Origin: Eledone cirrhosa
Lineage: Eukaryota
Direction: 5' to 3'
NCBI GenBank assembly: GCA_964016885.1
Contig: OZ024758.1
Span: 23,994,001 to 24,058,000, forward strand
DNA: 64,000 nucleotides
Shown here: piece by piece, positions 24,487 to 39,553 of the stretch
How positions within the stretch are numbered: position 1 is the stretch's first letter
How the letters are laid out: each line of letters begins with the position of its first letter
Program-made: the position numbers and the translations under genes
The notes under the pieces: generated by a model
What the model saw: the letters and a program-made list of their open reading frames with translations, nothing else
Told to the model about the DNA's origin: nothing
Database searches by the model: none

Positions 24487-26244
24487 ATGGAAATGAGAAA
24501 GAGATATAGAATAATAATCAGCCCTATTGCTAGACTGGTACTTTTTTTATCGACCTTAAATGGATGAAAAGAAAAGTTGACCTCGATGGGTTTTGCACTG
24601 AGAGAGCAGAGAGTCGGAACGAATAACTCAAAGCATTCTCTCTGACATTCTAACGACTGTCAATTTGCCGCCTATATACAATGATATATAAGGTTTAAAA
24701 ATTATTTTATAACCTCGAAAGGATGTAAGGCAAAGTTGACCTCGGGGAGATTTGAACTCAGAGAGTAGAGAGTCGGCATGAATACCATAAAGCATTCTAT
24801 CTGACATTCTAACGACTCTCACAACCTACCGTCTTCGTATAATCTATATTACACAACTATTCATTTATGAGAATAGATTATGTTTTCTTCATATTCTTCC
24901 TTCATATTTTTTCATTTTTTCCTTCATATTTTTTCTTCATATTTTCCTTCATATTCTTCCTTCATATTTTTTCATTTTTTCCTTCATATTTTTTCTTCAT
25001 ATTTTCCTTCCTCTACTTCATCTGGCGTTATGAAGTCACATCAAATATCTCATTTACATCGTTAATTCGACTGAGAAAGGCATGAACATCATACATGCTA
25101 TTTATCTCTTCCTTAAATATATAGCTTTGAGCGCAGTGAAAACAAAATCAAAAACACTGACAACAAATCAATGTATTTATCAATTTTGTAGAAATTCTTC
25201 TAGAATAAAATGAAAATTAAAAGAAATACAAACCATACTTAAATACGGGTTGTCTACATTTCAAAAGAGCTTAAGCATTTCTCTGACATTTTACATTATT
25301 CATAAATAAAATCTAGATTTTTATCAATTTTTTGTTGGTTTGAAATATTTCTAGAAACTGTTTTTTATGTTTTATCTTTTATTTTAAAATTTTCGTGCCA
25401 TTTTATGTTATCATCAACTTTTATTGATGTTGTCGTTGTTGTTGATATATGGATATTATTATTATTATTATTATTATTATCTTCTTCTTCTTCTTCTTCT
25501 TCTCCTCCTCCAATATCATAACAAGCAGCATCAACTGTTAGAGCGCTACACCATCCTACATCCTACTGTAGCAGATATCTTAATACCACCCATATATATA
25601 TATATATGCATTATATATATATATGTATTATATATATATATATATGTATGTATATATATCATGTATATATATATATATATATAATTGTTTCTACTTATGG
25701 CACAGGGCCAGCAATTATCCAGTACATTACTGGTACTTTATTTTATCGACCCCGTAAGGATGAAAGGCAAAGTCAACCTCGGCGAGATTTGAACTCAGAC
25801 TGTAAAGGCACGTAACTATGCTAGAAAGCATGGCGTCCGACCCTCTGCCGATACTGCCAATCCACCGCCCTTATATATACATATAATATATGTATATATA
25901 TATCATATATATGTATATAAGATATATATATATACATATACATGATATATATACATACATATATATATATATAATGCATATATATATGGGTGGTATTAAG
26001 ATATCTTATATTTGTATATATATATATATATATATAACATATATGTATATGTATTATATGTTTCTATGTATATTATATATATATGTGTATATATGTATGT
26101 TAATATATATATGTATATATCCACAAGTGTTTTTTAGCCTTCATATCATGTTCTCCTGTTTTATCTGATGAAAACACAAATATTACCCACCCTCTCCTAC
26201 CACTTGTAGAGACCTATATATACCATACTTATTTTTTGATACCC

Positions 26245-26295
26245 AGATTCCTGATGATTTCTAAAGAATGAAACAGTTCTAGTCCTGTAGAATCT
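26245..26295 (+). ncRNA. Type I hammerhead ribozyme motif
   Basis: AGATTC-CTGATGA-tTTC taaa GAAt-GAAA-CAG ttctagtc CTG-TA-GAATCT: perfect 6-bp stem I, 4-bp stem III, GUA site. Confidence 0.8.
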
Positions 26296-26330
26296 CATCT
26301 ATATTAAAACTATATATGTATATATATATG

Positions 26331-26367
<37 letters not shown>

Positions 26368-26374
26368 GTATATG

Positions 26375-26439
<65 letters not shown>

Positions 26440-26507
26440 GAATATATATATATGTATATGTATATATATATATGTATATATATATATGTATATATATATA
26501 TGTATAT

Positions 26508-29580
<3,073 letters not shown>

Positions 29581-29692
29581 GTAGATAAATCTACTAAGAG
29601 TTTACGGTAGTGTCCAATCCGTATGAAGAACTCAATGTATTCCGGATATCATGGAAAGAAGAGATGCATTCAAAAATCACTTTCGGTGAAAT

Positions 29693-29839
29693 ATTATTTC
29701 TGAAGACGGCATATGTATGTGTTGGTATGTATATTGAATTTGATAGTTTGTATAATTTTGTATAATTTTGTACATAGATCTGTTGAATATGCATGCCAAT
29801 TCTAACACATATATGTCCTAGAAACGATCGTTAAATAAT
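29693..29839 (+). ncRNA. Type I hammerhead motif with about 115-nt extended stem II (family F, element 29579-29905)
   Basis: ATTATTT-CTGAAGA-cGGCATATGTATGTGTTGG...CTAACACATATATGTCcta-GAAA-CGATCG-TT-AAATAAT. Confidence 0.7.
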
Positions 29840-29898
29840 GAACTTTTTTTGTTTAATATAAGGAACTGTTTCATTGTTTTATTCATTATTTTTTTAAT

Positions 29899-29953
<55 letters not shown>

Positions 29954-29966
29954 AAAAAAATATATA

Positions 29967-30000
<34 letters not shown>

Positions 30001-30614
30001 CATACATATATATACATATATATATATACATATATATATATATAGACATACATATATATATATGTATGTATATATATATATATACATATATATATACGTA
30101 TATATATATGTATGTATATATATATGTATGTATATATATATATATACATACATATATACATATATGTATATATACATATATATATATGTATGTATATATA
30201 TATGTATGTATATATATATATATACATACATATATACATATATGTATATATACATATATATATATGTATATATATATGTATGTATATATATATATACATA
30301 CATATATACATATATGTATATATACATATATATATACATATATATATATACATATATATATATATACATATATATATACATATATCTATACATATATATA
30401 TATACATATATATGTATGTATATATGTATATATATGTGTATATATATATGTGTGTATATATATGTATGTATTTATATGTATGTATATATATATACATATG
30501 TATATGTATGTGTATATATATATGTATGTGTATATACATATATGTATATGTATGTGTATATATATATGTATGTGTATATACATATATGTATATGTATGTG
30601 TATATATATATATG

Positions 30615-30653
<39 letters not shown>

Positions 30654-30878
30654 GTATATGTATATATTTCGTTTCTGAATTTGTTTAGCAAGATTCTTTA
30701 TCTGAAATCGTGTGTTGAAACCGATATTGTTATACTTTGGGAGGGTCATATTGCCAATAAGAAACACACGCACCAGTTGCTTTCACTTCAATTTAATTTA
30801 TTATATATTTATAAATTTACAAATTTATAAATTTCTGGTTGGTTGGTTCCACAACCAGATAGTTGTTTATATATATAT

Positions 30879-30923
30879 AGTCATAGTTCTTTCGTCACAC
30901 ACTCTGTGACCTCTTCAGTGACT
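30879..30923 (-). ncRNA. Minimal type I hammerhead motif (family B, left arm)
   Basis: Reverse complement of 31029-31073. Confidence 0.75.
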
Positions 30924-31028
30924 GGGGATTTCTTTCTTCGTTTCTGTGCCTTTCCTTTCTTCTATCCTACGCCAAAATGGCGTAGGATAGAAGAAAGGAA
31001 AGGCACAGAAACGAAGAAAGAAATCCCC

Positions 31029-31073
31029 AGTCACTGAAGAGGTCACAGAGTGTGTGACGAAAGAACTATGACT
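31029..31073 (+). ncRNA. Minimal type I hammerhead motif (family B, right arm)
   Basis: AGTCA-CTGAAGA-G-GTCAC agagtgt GTGAC-GAAA-gaac-TA-TGACT. Confidence 0.75.
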
Positions 31074-31264
31074 ATATATATATAAACAACTATCTGGTTG
31101 TGGAACCAACCAACCAGAAATTTATAAATTTGTAAATTTATAAATATATAATAAATTAAATTGAAGTGAAAGCAACTGGTGCGTGTGTTTCTTATTGGCA
31201 ATATGACCCTCCCAAAGTATAACAATATATGTATATATATATATATGTATATATGTATGTATAT

Positions 31265-31359
<95 letters not shown>

Positions 31360-31370
31360 TATTAAACATA

Positions 31371-31412
<42 letters not shown>

Positions 31413-31814
31413 AAAAAGTTATATATTAAACATATATAAAAATGAGATTTGTGAATACGAGGCAGCCGTATGACAAATGGAGAGAAAATGAGTGACAGCA
31501 GACGATAGCTCGAAATGAATGGAAGAGTGTGCTTATCTCACAAGTTTAAATGGCAAACAAGGAAAGTAAGAGTGAACAGAAACAATTCAATTGACAGCAT
31601 TTTTGTGTAGAAGTATATCTTCATGTCGTTTTATAGTCTCGTAAACAATATGTCTCTAATCAAATTCATTGCTTGCTTGATTCAAATAAGTTTGATAACA
31701 ATAAAAATAAAATTGGAGGAATCTAATAATATAACTAATATTTTCATGAGTAAGCTGCTATTTGAAAATGTTAAACACCATTTTACAAAAATCTTTTAAA
31801 AAGTTATATAATAT

Positions 31815-32020
31815 AATTGTTTGTACTTTAGGCACAAGGCCAGTAATTTGGGGGAAGGGGAAATCGATTAAATTGACTCCAGTGCGTGACTGGTACTTTA
31901 TTTTATCGACCCCGTAAGGATGAAAGGCAAAGTTAACCTCGGCGGGATTTGACCTCAGACCGTAAAGGACCGTAACTCTATGCTGCTCGACTCTCTACCG
32001 ATACTGCCAATTCACCGCCC
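31815..32020 (-). mobile_element. OK-like SINE with TSD, followed by (ATATA)n
   Basis: AAAAAGTTATATAATATA on both sides. Confidence 0.85.
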
Positions 32021-32273
32021 TCAAAAAGTTATATAATATAATATAATATAATATAATATAATATAATATAATATAATATAATATAATATAATATAATATA
32101 ATATAATATAATATAATATAATATAATATAATATAATATAATATATTGGGTAGTCAAGTATGAAATTTGTAGAAATTTGTTTTTTATTCTAGAAATGTTA
32201 TACTATATATATAATTATATATATAATTTTATATATATAATTTTACATATATATATATATACATATATATATA

Positions 32274-32470
32274 TAACGAAGGAAGTGTGGTAAGGAATCA
32301 GGTGGACCATAAGGCACCAGAGTACTCAATACTTTGGGTAGAAGAGTGTGTAATAGGAAAAGAGTCAAGAACCCGCTAACAATTTATCACCACCACGCTA
32401 AAAATTTAATTTAGTCCAGAAATAGCCGTCGAAACGGCTTGAGCTCTGCCATCGGGGTCTTGACTATTTT

Positions 32471-32475
<5 letters not shown>
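32274..32475. mobile_element. Family A element in (TA)n
   Basis: Inverted tail arm plus the sense GTCCAGAAATAGCCGTCGAAACGGC arm. Confidence 0.7.
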
Positions 32476-32504
<29 letters not shown>

Positions 32505-33577
32505 AAACGAAATGAGCTGTATGGTTACTGTAAACAAAGTTTAAGATGGTGGTATGGACGAACAAAAAAAGAACCAAGAGGAGAAAACCTTCATCAGCTG
32601 TAAACAACAGATCATAGATATTTCGGCGCTTAATACAGGACATCTAAAAGCGATGAGCGGTGCGCCCAAGGTTTTTTTTTCGATATATATATATATAAAG
32701 AATAACATTAAGATTAATATGCTGATGTTACATAAATCGTTTATTCACAAGACTTATTTCAAGGGTTCTCTTATGCAATCCAAGATGTAATTTACGCATT
32801 TGTTGTTGTTATGAGAACGGTAACTTCAGATGAAAATCCGATTTTGTGATATGCCGCAGGCAAAAATAACAAGCAAACAAAAAAAACACGCCCTTCTACT
32901 CGTGTGCCCAGCCGCCACACGTGTAGAGGGACGTGTTTTTTTTTTCTTGTATAAGAGAACCGTTGAAATAAGTATTATGAATAAACGATTTATGTAACAT
33001 CAACATCTTTTTTAATGTTATTCTTTATACGCACATATGTTTTTTTCCCAAGTGACAATGAAGAAATATATTATATTAACGCTTGATATAGTAGGAAAAG
33101 AGTTTTAACGTTTCGGACACTGGTCTTTCATCAGCAGATAGAATGAGAAATAAAAGAAAAAGTAATAGAAAGATAGAGAGTGAGAAGAGGAAGAACGAAA
33201 AAAAGAAACATCTTTTTGAGAAAAAAAAAAAAAAAAAAAAAAACACGTGCGTATTTCAGTCAGCCATTTTGAAGAAATAAATTATTTATATATTTATCCT
33301 GTCTAGATTAAAAGAATACGGGAGTCTGTGCACGACTTCTTTAATCGATTCCGAAGCCCGCAATCGCATCAAAGGATGGAATTGAAAGCTGAACAACAAT
33401 GGCAGCAATTATAGTAAACACGACAAGAAGTGAGAGGAAGAAAGGTTTGTTACGCTTGAGAGGAGGATATATTTATTTAAAGTTGTCTCCGGGAGAAGAT
33501 ATGAGGTAGAAAGTTGTATTTATCTAAGAATATCAGTGTTTGCTTTTCATTGATATATATTATATAAATATATATAT

Positions 33578-33622
<45 letters not shown>

Positions 33623-33733
33623 ATTAGGTATCGAGAGAGAGAAAAGAATGGAAAGATGGTCGATACATATATTTAGTTGCCAATAGTTACAATATATATA
33701 TATATGTTGTAGCAGTGTCTTTGTTTTTCATTG

Positions 33734-33761
<28 letters not shown>

Positions 33762-33764
<3 letters not shown>

Positions 33765-33923
33765 GGAACGAGTAGGACCCCGGCGGCTGAGCTCAAGCCG
33801 TTTCGACGGCTAATTCTGGACTAAAAGAAAAGAGAAAAAAAAAAAATTTTCCACTCTACTACCCTAAGTATTGAGTACTTTGGTGCGTTATGGTCCACCT
33901 GGTTCCTTACCACATTTCCTCTG

Positions 33924-33926
<3 letters not shown>
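33762..33926. mobile_element. Family A element in (TA)n
   Basis: Antisense short arm, A-rich filler, then sense tail. Confidence 0.7.
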
Positions 33927-33974
<48 letters not shown>

Positions 33975-34017
33975 TATATAAATCATTGATTTATACATAT
34001 ATATATATAAATCATTG

Positions 34018-34097
<80 letters not shown>

Positions 34098-34667
34098 GTT
34101 GTAGTTTCTGGCTTTGTTTTTCATTGATATATATTTATAATTGTTTCTCCTTTTTGGCACGAGGCCAGCAATTACCCAGTGCATTACTGGTACTTTATTT
34201 TATCGCCCCCGTAAAGATGAAAGGTAAAGTTAACCCCGGCGGGATTTGAACTCAGAATGGCAAGGGCCGTAACTCTATGCGTCAAAGCATGGCGTCCGAC
34301 CCTCTACCGATACTGCCAATCCACCGCGATATATATTTATAATATGTCATATATATACACATACACACATATATATATATATATACGATATTAAGACAGA
34401 CACTACTATATATATATATATATATATATAATATATTTAGAAACACACAGATACATGCGGACACACACATATACATGAATGCATCCGCACCCAACCATGA
34501 GTTAAGGGTGCCAACTTCACCGATGTTGCTCAATGAATGACTGGGACAGACCAATCCGGTTGAACCAGACTGAACCAGTATCAGAGTTAAAAATACATTA
34601 TGAAGAGAGAAGAAAGATTTAGATATAATTAGTAATAAAATGTATCATACCTAAACTGCTCCTAGAT

Positions 34668-34757
34668 TCCTCGACTACGTAGTTTCGTGGCATAAACAAA
34701 AACAATACATCATAAAGATATAGAGTCCTTGCGAGGTCTGCCGACTTATCAAGAGGA
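34668..34757 (-). ncRNA. Type I hammerhead motif, U3-A8 variant (left arm)
   Basis: Reverse complement of 35297-35386. Confidence 0.75.
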
Positions 34758-35296
34758 TACCTCATTTTACTAGTCCCAAGAACGCGTCTCCACAACGTGA
34801 GAAAGAATCCCAAAAGGCGGAGGGGGAGATAGCTCTGTTTCTCGACCGTTATATCGCGTGACTAAGCCTCTTATAACCCCGAAGAAAATACCACGGAGGC
34901 GGAGGGGGTATTTATATCGAAGCCGTAGAAGAGGTGGTGAAGGAGGCAAGAAGTATGAGTAATGAAAGCTTTCCAGCAGTCCCCACACTTCAAAGATTGC
35001 TCGACCAGAGGGAGTTGTTTCTAAATATATTGTTAATAACTCCCTCTGGTCGAGCAATCTTTGAAGTGTGGGGACTGCTGGAAAGCTTTCATTACTCATA
35101 CTTCTCGCCTCCTTCACCACCTCTTCTACGGCTTCGATATAAATACCCCCTCCGCCTCCGTGGTATTTTCTTCGGGGTTATAAGAGGCTTAGCTCTGTTT
35201 CTCGACCGTTATATCGCGTGACTATCTCCCCCTCCGCCTTTTGGGATTCTTTCTCACGTTGTGGAGACGCGTTCTTGAGACTAGTAAAATGAGGTA

Positions 35297-35386
35297 TCCT
35301 CTTGATAAGTCGGCAGACCTCGCAAGGACTCTATATCTTTATGATGTATTGTTTTTGTTTATGCCACGAAACTACGTAGTCGAGGA
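35297..35386 (+). ncRNA. Type I hammerhead motif, U3-A8 variant (right arm)
   Basis: TCCTC-TTGATAA-GT c GGCA...TGCC AC-GAAA-CTACGTAG-TC-GAGGA. Confidence 0.75.
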
Positions 35387-35455
35387 ATCTAGGAGCAGTT
35401 TAGGTATGATACATTTTATTACTAATTATATCTAAATGTTTCTTCTCTCTTCATA

Positions 35456-35490
<35 letters not shown>

Positions 35491-35732
35491 AGTGTCTGTC
35501 TTTGTTTTTCATTGATATATATTCATAATATATCATATACGTATAGATATATAGATATATATATATACATATATATATGTTAGCGGAAATTATAATATTT
35601 CCTTTGTTAACACTTTGAATTTACCCGCCTTAAACTTGCTTCCCTTGTTGGAAATAACACGTGACAACTAAATGTTCGCTGGCTGCATTCTTAGTGGCCG
35701 CATTTAGTTTGTTTCCCTCCGATTTGTGGCAG

Positions 35733-35799
35733 AACGGAATCCCTGTTGATGAAATGAATCCTTTGTTCGATCATGGAATACCACGAGCGTGCATGTTAC
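35733..35799 (+). CDS. Candidate 67-nt internal exon of an unidentified host gene
   Basis: Pyrimidine-rich acceptor tttgtttccctccgatttgtggcag and donor gtaagt. The only open frame is NGIPVDEMNPLFDHGIPRACML. The context is unique sequence. No homology recognised. Confidence 0.3.
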
Positions 35800-36144
35800 G
35801 TAAGTTGGATTAATGATTTCGGATTCATAGAAAAACTTTAGACGTATATCGTTTGATTTGTCCAGGTGTATCTTTTAACCTGTTAGTTCTTTCGTTACTT
35901 TGGTATTGTGTGGTTGGGTTTTGCCTACCGCAATGTTCAATTTGTCAAGCTATTTAAACGTGGGGTCGATAAAATAAAGTACCAGTAATGCACTGGGTAA
36001 TTACTGGTCTTGTGCCTAAAGTAGAAACAGTTATTACTCTAAGGACACTACCCTTATTGAGTGCTTTGCTAACTCAACTCATTCCTATTGTAGGTCGACT
36101 TTGCTTCCCCACAGCCAAAGCTTCGATTTTACTAAGCTTCCACT

Positions 36145-36197
<53 letters not shown>

Positions 36198-36649
36198 TGT
36201 AGAGTTTGTTTGTTTTTCATGAAAGTAAAAATCGTCTGCAAAGCAATAGATGAACGTATTTATTGTCAAATTGCGGTCCGTAGGCTGCTGTTGTATGAAA
36301 ACTGTTTGACTTTCTGAATGGCATGCGTAACGGAAAATACTTTGATATTTCTTATCTTATGCAGCTCACTGCACCAAAAAGATTGATCGTGTCTGGCACT
36401 GCGTTCGTGTGTGTCTGTCGGCTGAATTCTTTTATCGTCTGTTTGTGACATTTCTTTTATCGTCTGTATGTATATATGTATGTATATGTATATGCGTGTG
36501 TGTTTGTATGTATAGATGTATGTATATGTGTATGCGTGTGTGTATGTATGTATGCATGTATGTGCACTGTGTTTTGGTTGATGTCTGTGTCTATATGTGC
36601 GTATTCATTGATATATCTATCTCTATATATATATCTATCTCTCTCTCTC

Positions 36650-36705
<56 letters not shown>

Positions 36706-36815
36706 TTATATATATATAAATATTATATATATATAAATATTATTAATTCTGGCAATATTACGCAAATATGACCCTCCCCAAATATAAAAATATATATATA
36801 TATATATATATATAA

Positions 36816-36900
<85 letters not shown>

Positions 36901-36905
36901 AATAT

Positions 36906-37380
36906 ATTAGTTTTGCGAGGTTTTTGATATGAAATCGTGTGTCGAAACAAATATTGTTATACTTGGGGAGGGTCATATTTGTGTAATATTGCCAGAATTA
37001 ATAACAGAACACACTCACTGTTTGGTTGGTTTTCGCTTTTCGCTTCTGTGTCTTTTATATCGATAATCTAATTTCTTCGGTCCTCAATGTTGCCATTGAC
37101 TGACCAACGGTCAAAAATAATACAGATACAAAATAGACACAAACACATATATATAGTTTATGATAAACTATATATATGTGTTTGTGTCTATATTGTATCT
37201 GTATTACTTTTGACCGTTGGTCAGTCAATGGCAACATTGAGGACCGAGTAAGTTAGATTACCGATATAAAAGACACAGAAGCGAAAAGCGAAAAGCGAAA
37301 ACCAACCAAACAGTGAGTGTGTTCTGTTATTAATTCTGGCAATATTACACAAATATGACCCTCCCCAAGTATAACAATAT
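36906..37380. mobile_element. Family C palindrome (about 210-bp arms, axis about 37162) plus 45-nt tail in (TA)n
   Basis: 36951-37161 is the reverse complement of 37163-37380. A single-arm copy lies at 52356-52607 and an end fragment at 36735-36783. Confidence 0.8.
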
Positions 37381-37594
37381 ATAAATATATATATGTATAT
37401 ATATGTAGATAAATCTACCATAATATACGGTAGTGTCCAATCCGTATGAAGAACTCAATGTAATCCAAATATCATAAAAAGAGAAGATGTATTCAACATT
37501 TTTTCGATGAAAAACACATGAAAATAGAGTCATGATAAATTAATAAAAATAATGAATAAAAACAAAGAAACACAGTTCCTTATATTTAAAAATT

Positions 37595-37730
37595 CATCAT
37601 TTTACGATCGTTTCTAGGATATATATGTGTGTGTTGGTATGTATATCATATAGATCTATGTAAAATGTTTACAAACTATCAGAAGGAATATACATACCTA
37701 CACATATATATGCTGTCTTCAGAAATAATG
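37595..37730 (-). ncRNA. Type I hammerhead motif with extended stem II (family F, element 37403-37740)
   Basis: Reverse complement reads CATTATTT-CTGAAGA-cAGCATATATATGTGTAGGTATG...-GAAA-CGATCG-TA-AAATGATG. Confidence 0.72.
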
Positions 37731-38423
37731 ATATTTGTTTATTTAAAACAACAACAAAGATTTAATATAATAGGTCTGTTTGGGAACAGGTTTTGAATTG
37801 ACCAATAAAGAGGTAGTATATATATATATATGTGTGTGTGTTGTGTGTGTCTGCATCATGTGTGTATGCATATTGCCACAAAAATTACACACACACAAAC
37901 ACACGCAAATACATACACAAACACACAAACACACACACAAACACACACAAACAATCACACTCGCTCACAGACACACACACACAAACAGACACACAAACAG
38001 ACACACAAACACACACACAAACACATACACACAAACACTAATATTGCAGCAAACCTTGCCAACAGCAGCAGAAAAACAGATGTATGGGAAGGAACTATCT
38101 GTTGTCGCTAACCTGGCATCGATCTATCTCTCATGCTTGGCATCAATCTATCTCTCATGCTTGGCATCAATCTATCTCTCATGCTTGACATCGATCTATC
38201 TCTCATGCTTGACATCGATCTATCTCTCATGCCTCCTAAACCGACGTTGCTTGACTGTCCACCTTGCAATATGAAGCAACGAACAAGAAAATCTGAAGCT
38301 TCCTTATAACTTACAATTGAAAGCCAAGTTTCTCCTTCGAGTCATTTCTTATCTAACGCCTCTGATGAGATGTTATATACGAAGGAATATGCCAAACTGT
38401 ATATATACAGGATGTCCGCCCAC

Positions 38424-38470
<47 letters not shown>

Positions 38471-38534
38471 TATACACTTCAACACAATTCTAATAAATAT
38501 ATCTATACATTTTTGGGACGCCCATTACACACAT

Positions 38535-38566
<32 letters not shown>

Positions 38567-38571
<5 letters not shown>

Positions 38572-38708
38572 AACAAGTATGACCCCGACGGCAGAGCTCA
38601 AGCCGTTTCGACGGCTATTTCTGGACTGAAATAGCCGTCGAAGCGGCTTGAGCCCTGCCGTCGGGGTTATACTTGTTCCTATTACCCACTCTACTACACT
38701 AAGTATTG
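38567..38708. mobile_element. Family A fold-back element
   Basis: Inverted GACGGCAGAGCTCAAGCCGTTTCGACGGCTATTTC arms after (TA)n. Confidence 0.7.
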
Positions 38709-38832
38709 TTATTACTCTAAGGACCTACCCTTATTGAGTGCTTTGCTAACTCATTGCTATTGTAGGTCGACTTTGCTTGGCCACAGCCAAAGCTTCGATT
38801 TTACTAAGCTTCCACTTATATATATATATATA

Positions 38833-39092
38833 AAGTGATTCCGTCGGAAAGGTCCAGGAAAAAAGAGTGCTCTATGTAGGTTACAGAGCTTATTAGTTAT
38901 GTAATAAACAACATAAGATAATTATTTCATTTACAAGTGATTTCTTGAAAGCAACCAAAATTGCTTTCATTCATCAGAATCCACTGTCAATAAAGACACC
39001 AGGATTTTTTCATTCTGATGAATGAAAGCAATTTTGGTTGCTTTCAAGAAATCACTTGTAAATGAAATAATTATCTTATGTTGTTTATTACA

Positions 39093-39099
<7 letters not shown>
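38833..39099. mobile_element. Family G fold-back element in (TA)n
   Basis: Arms at about 38893-38980 and 39012-39099. Confidence 0.75.
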
Positions 39100-39131
<32 letters not shown>

Positions 39132-39522
39132 GAGGCCCTGATCCGATGTTCTAACCATTCTACCAAGTCACCCCCCTTCCTTATACATTAATCCTACTTA
39201 CTCTCATTTCTTATGACATATTTAACGGAATTCCTGCATGATTTATGTTTCTCCTGTCTCACCGATAACGAGAAATAAACAAACTAATGCATAACATATA
39301 TTTGCTCACTTAATAATGATTTCGACTATAGGAACAAGGCCAGCAATTTAGGGGAAGCGGAAAGTCGATTAAACCGACCCCAGTGCTATACTGGTACTTT
39401 ATTTTATCGACCCTGTAAGGATGAAAGGCAAAGCTAACCCCGGCTGGATTTGAACTCAGAATGTAAAGGGCCGAAACTCTATGCTGCAAAGCATTTTGTC
39501 TGACGTTCTACCGATACTACCA

Positions 39523-39553
<31 letters not shown>

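Larger units (their letters stand above)
30663..31228. mobile_element. Family B palindrome (251-bp arms, axis 30976) with 61-nt tail, in TA-rich microsatellite
   Basis: 30724-30974 is the reverse complement of 30978-31228. Confidence 0.85.
34478..35461. mobile_element. Family H palindrome (about 425-bp arms, axis about 35027) with about 115-nt left tail, ending in (TA)n
   Basis: 34593-35019 is the reverse complement of about 35036-35461 with a few mismatches. Confidence 0.85.

Noticed and set aside
30663-31228. Palindromes as sequencing fold-back artefacts
   Set aside because: Most palindromes have arm mismatches or fillers, recur as families with the same axis, and have asymmetric tails. 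Only this near-perfect one still warrants a read check.
33308-33415. Coding-looking unique segment
   Set aside because: Short open frames on both strands, no donor site and no recognisable motif.
34770-35435. Mirror-image ORF pairs in the palindrome as a GIY-YIG remnant
   Set aside because: No convincing endonuclease or RT motif. The duplicates arise from the palindrome itself.
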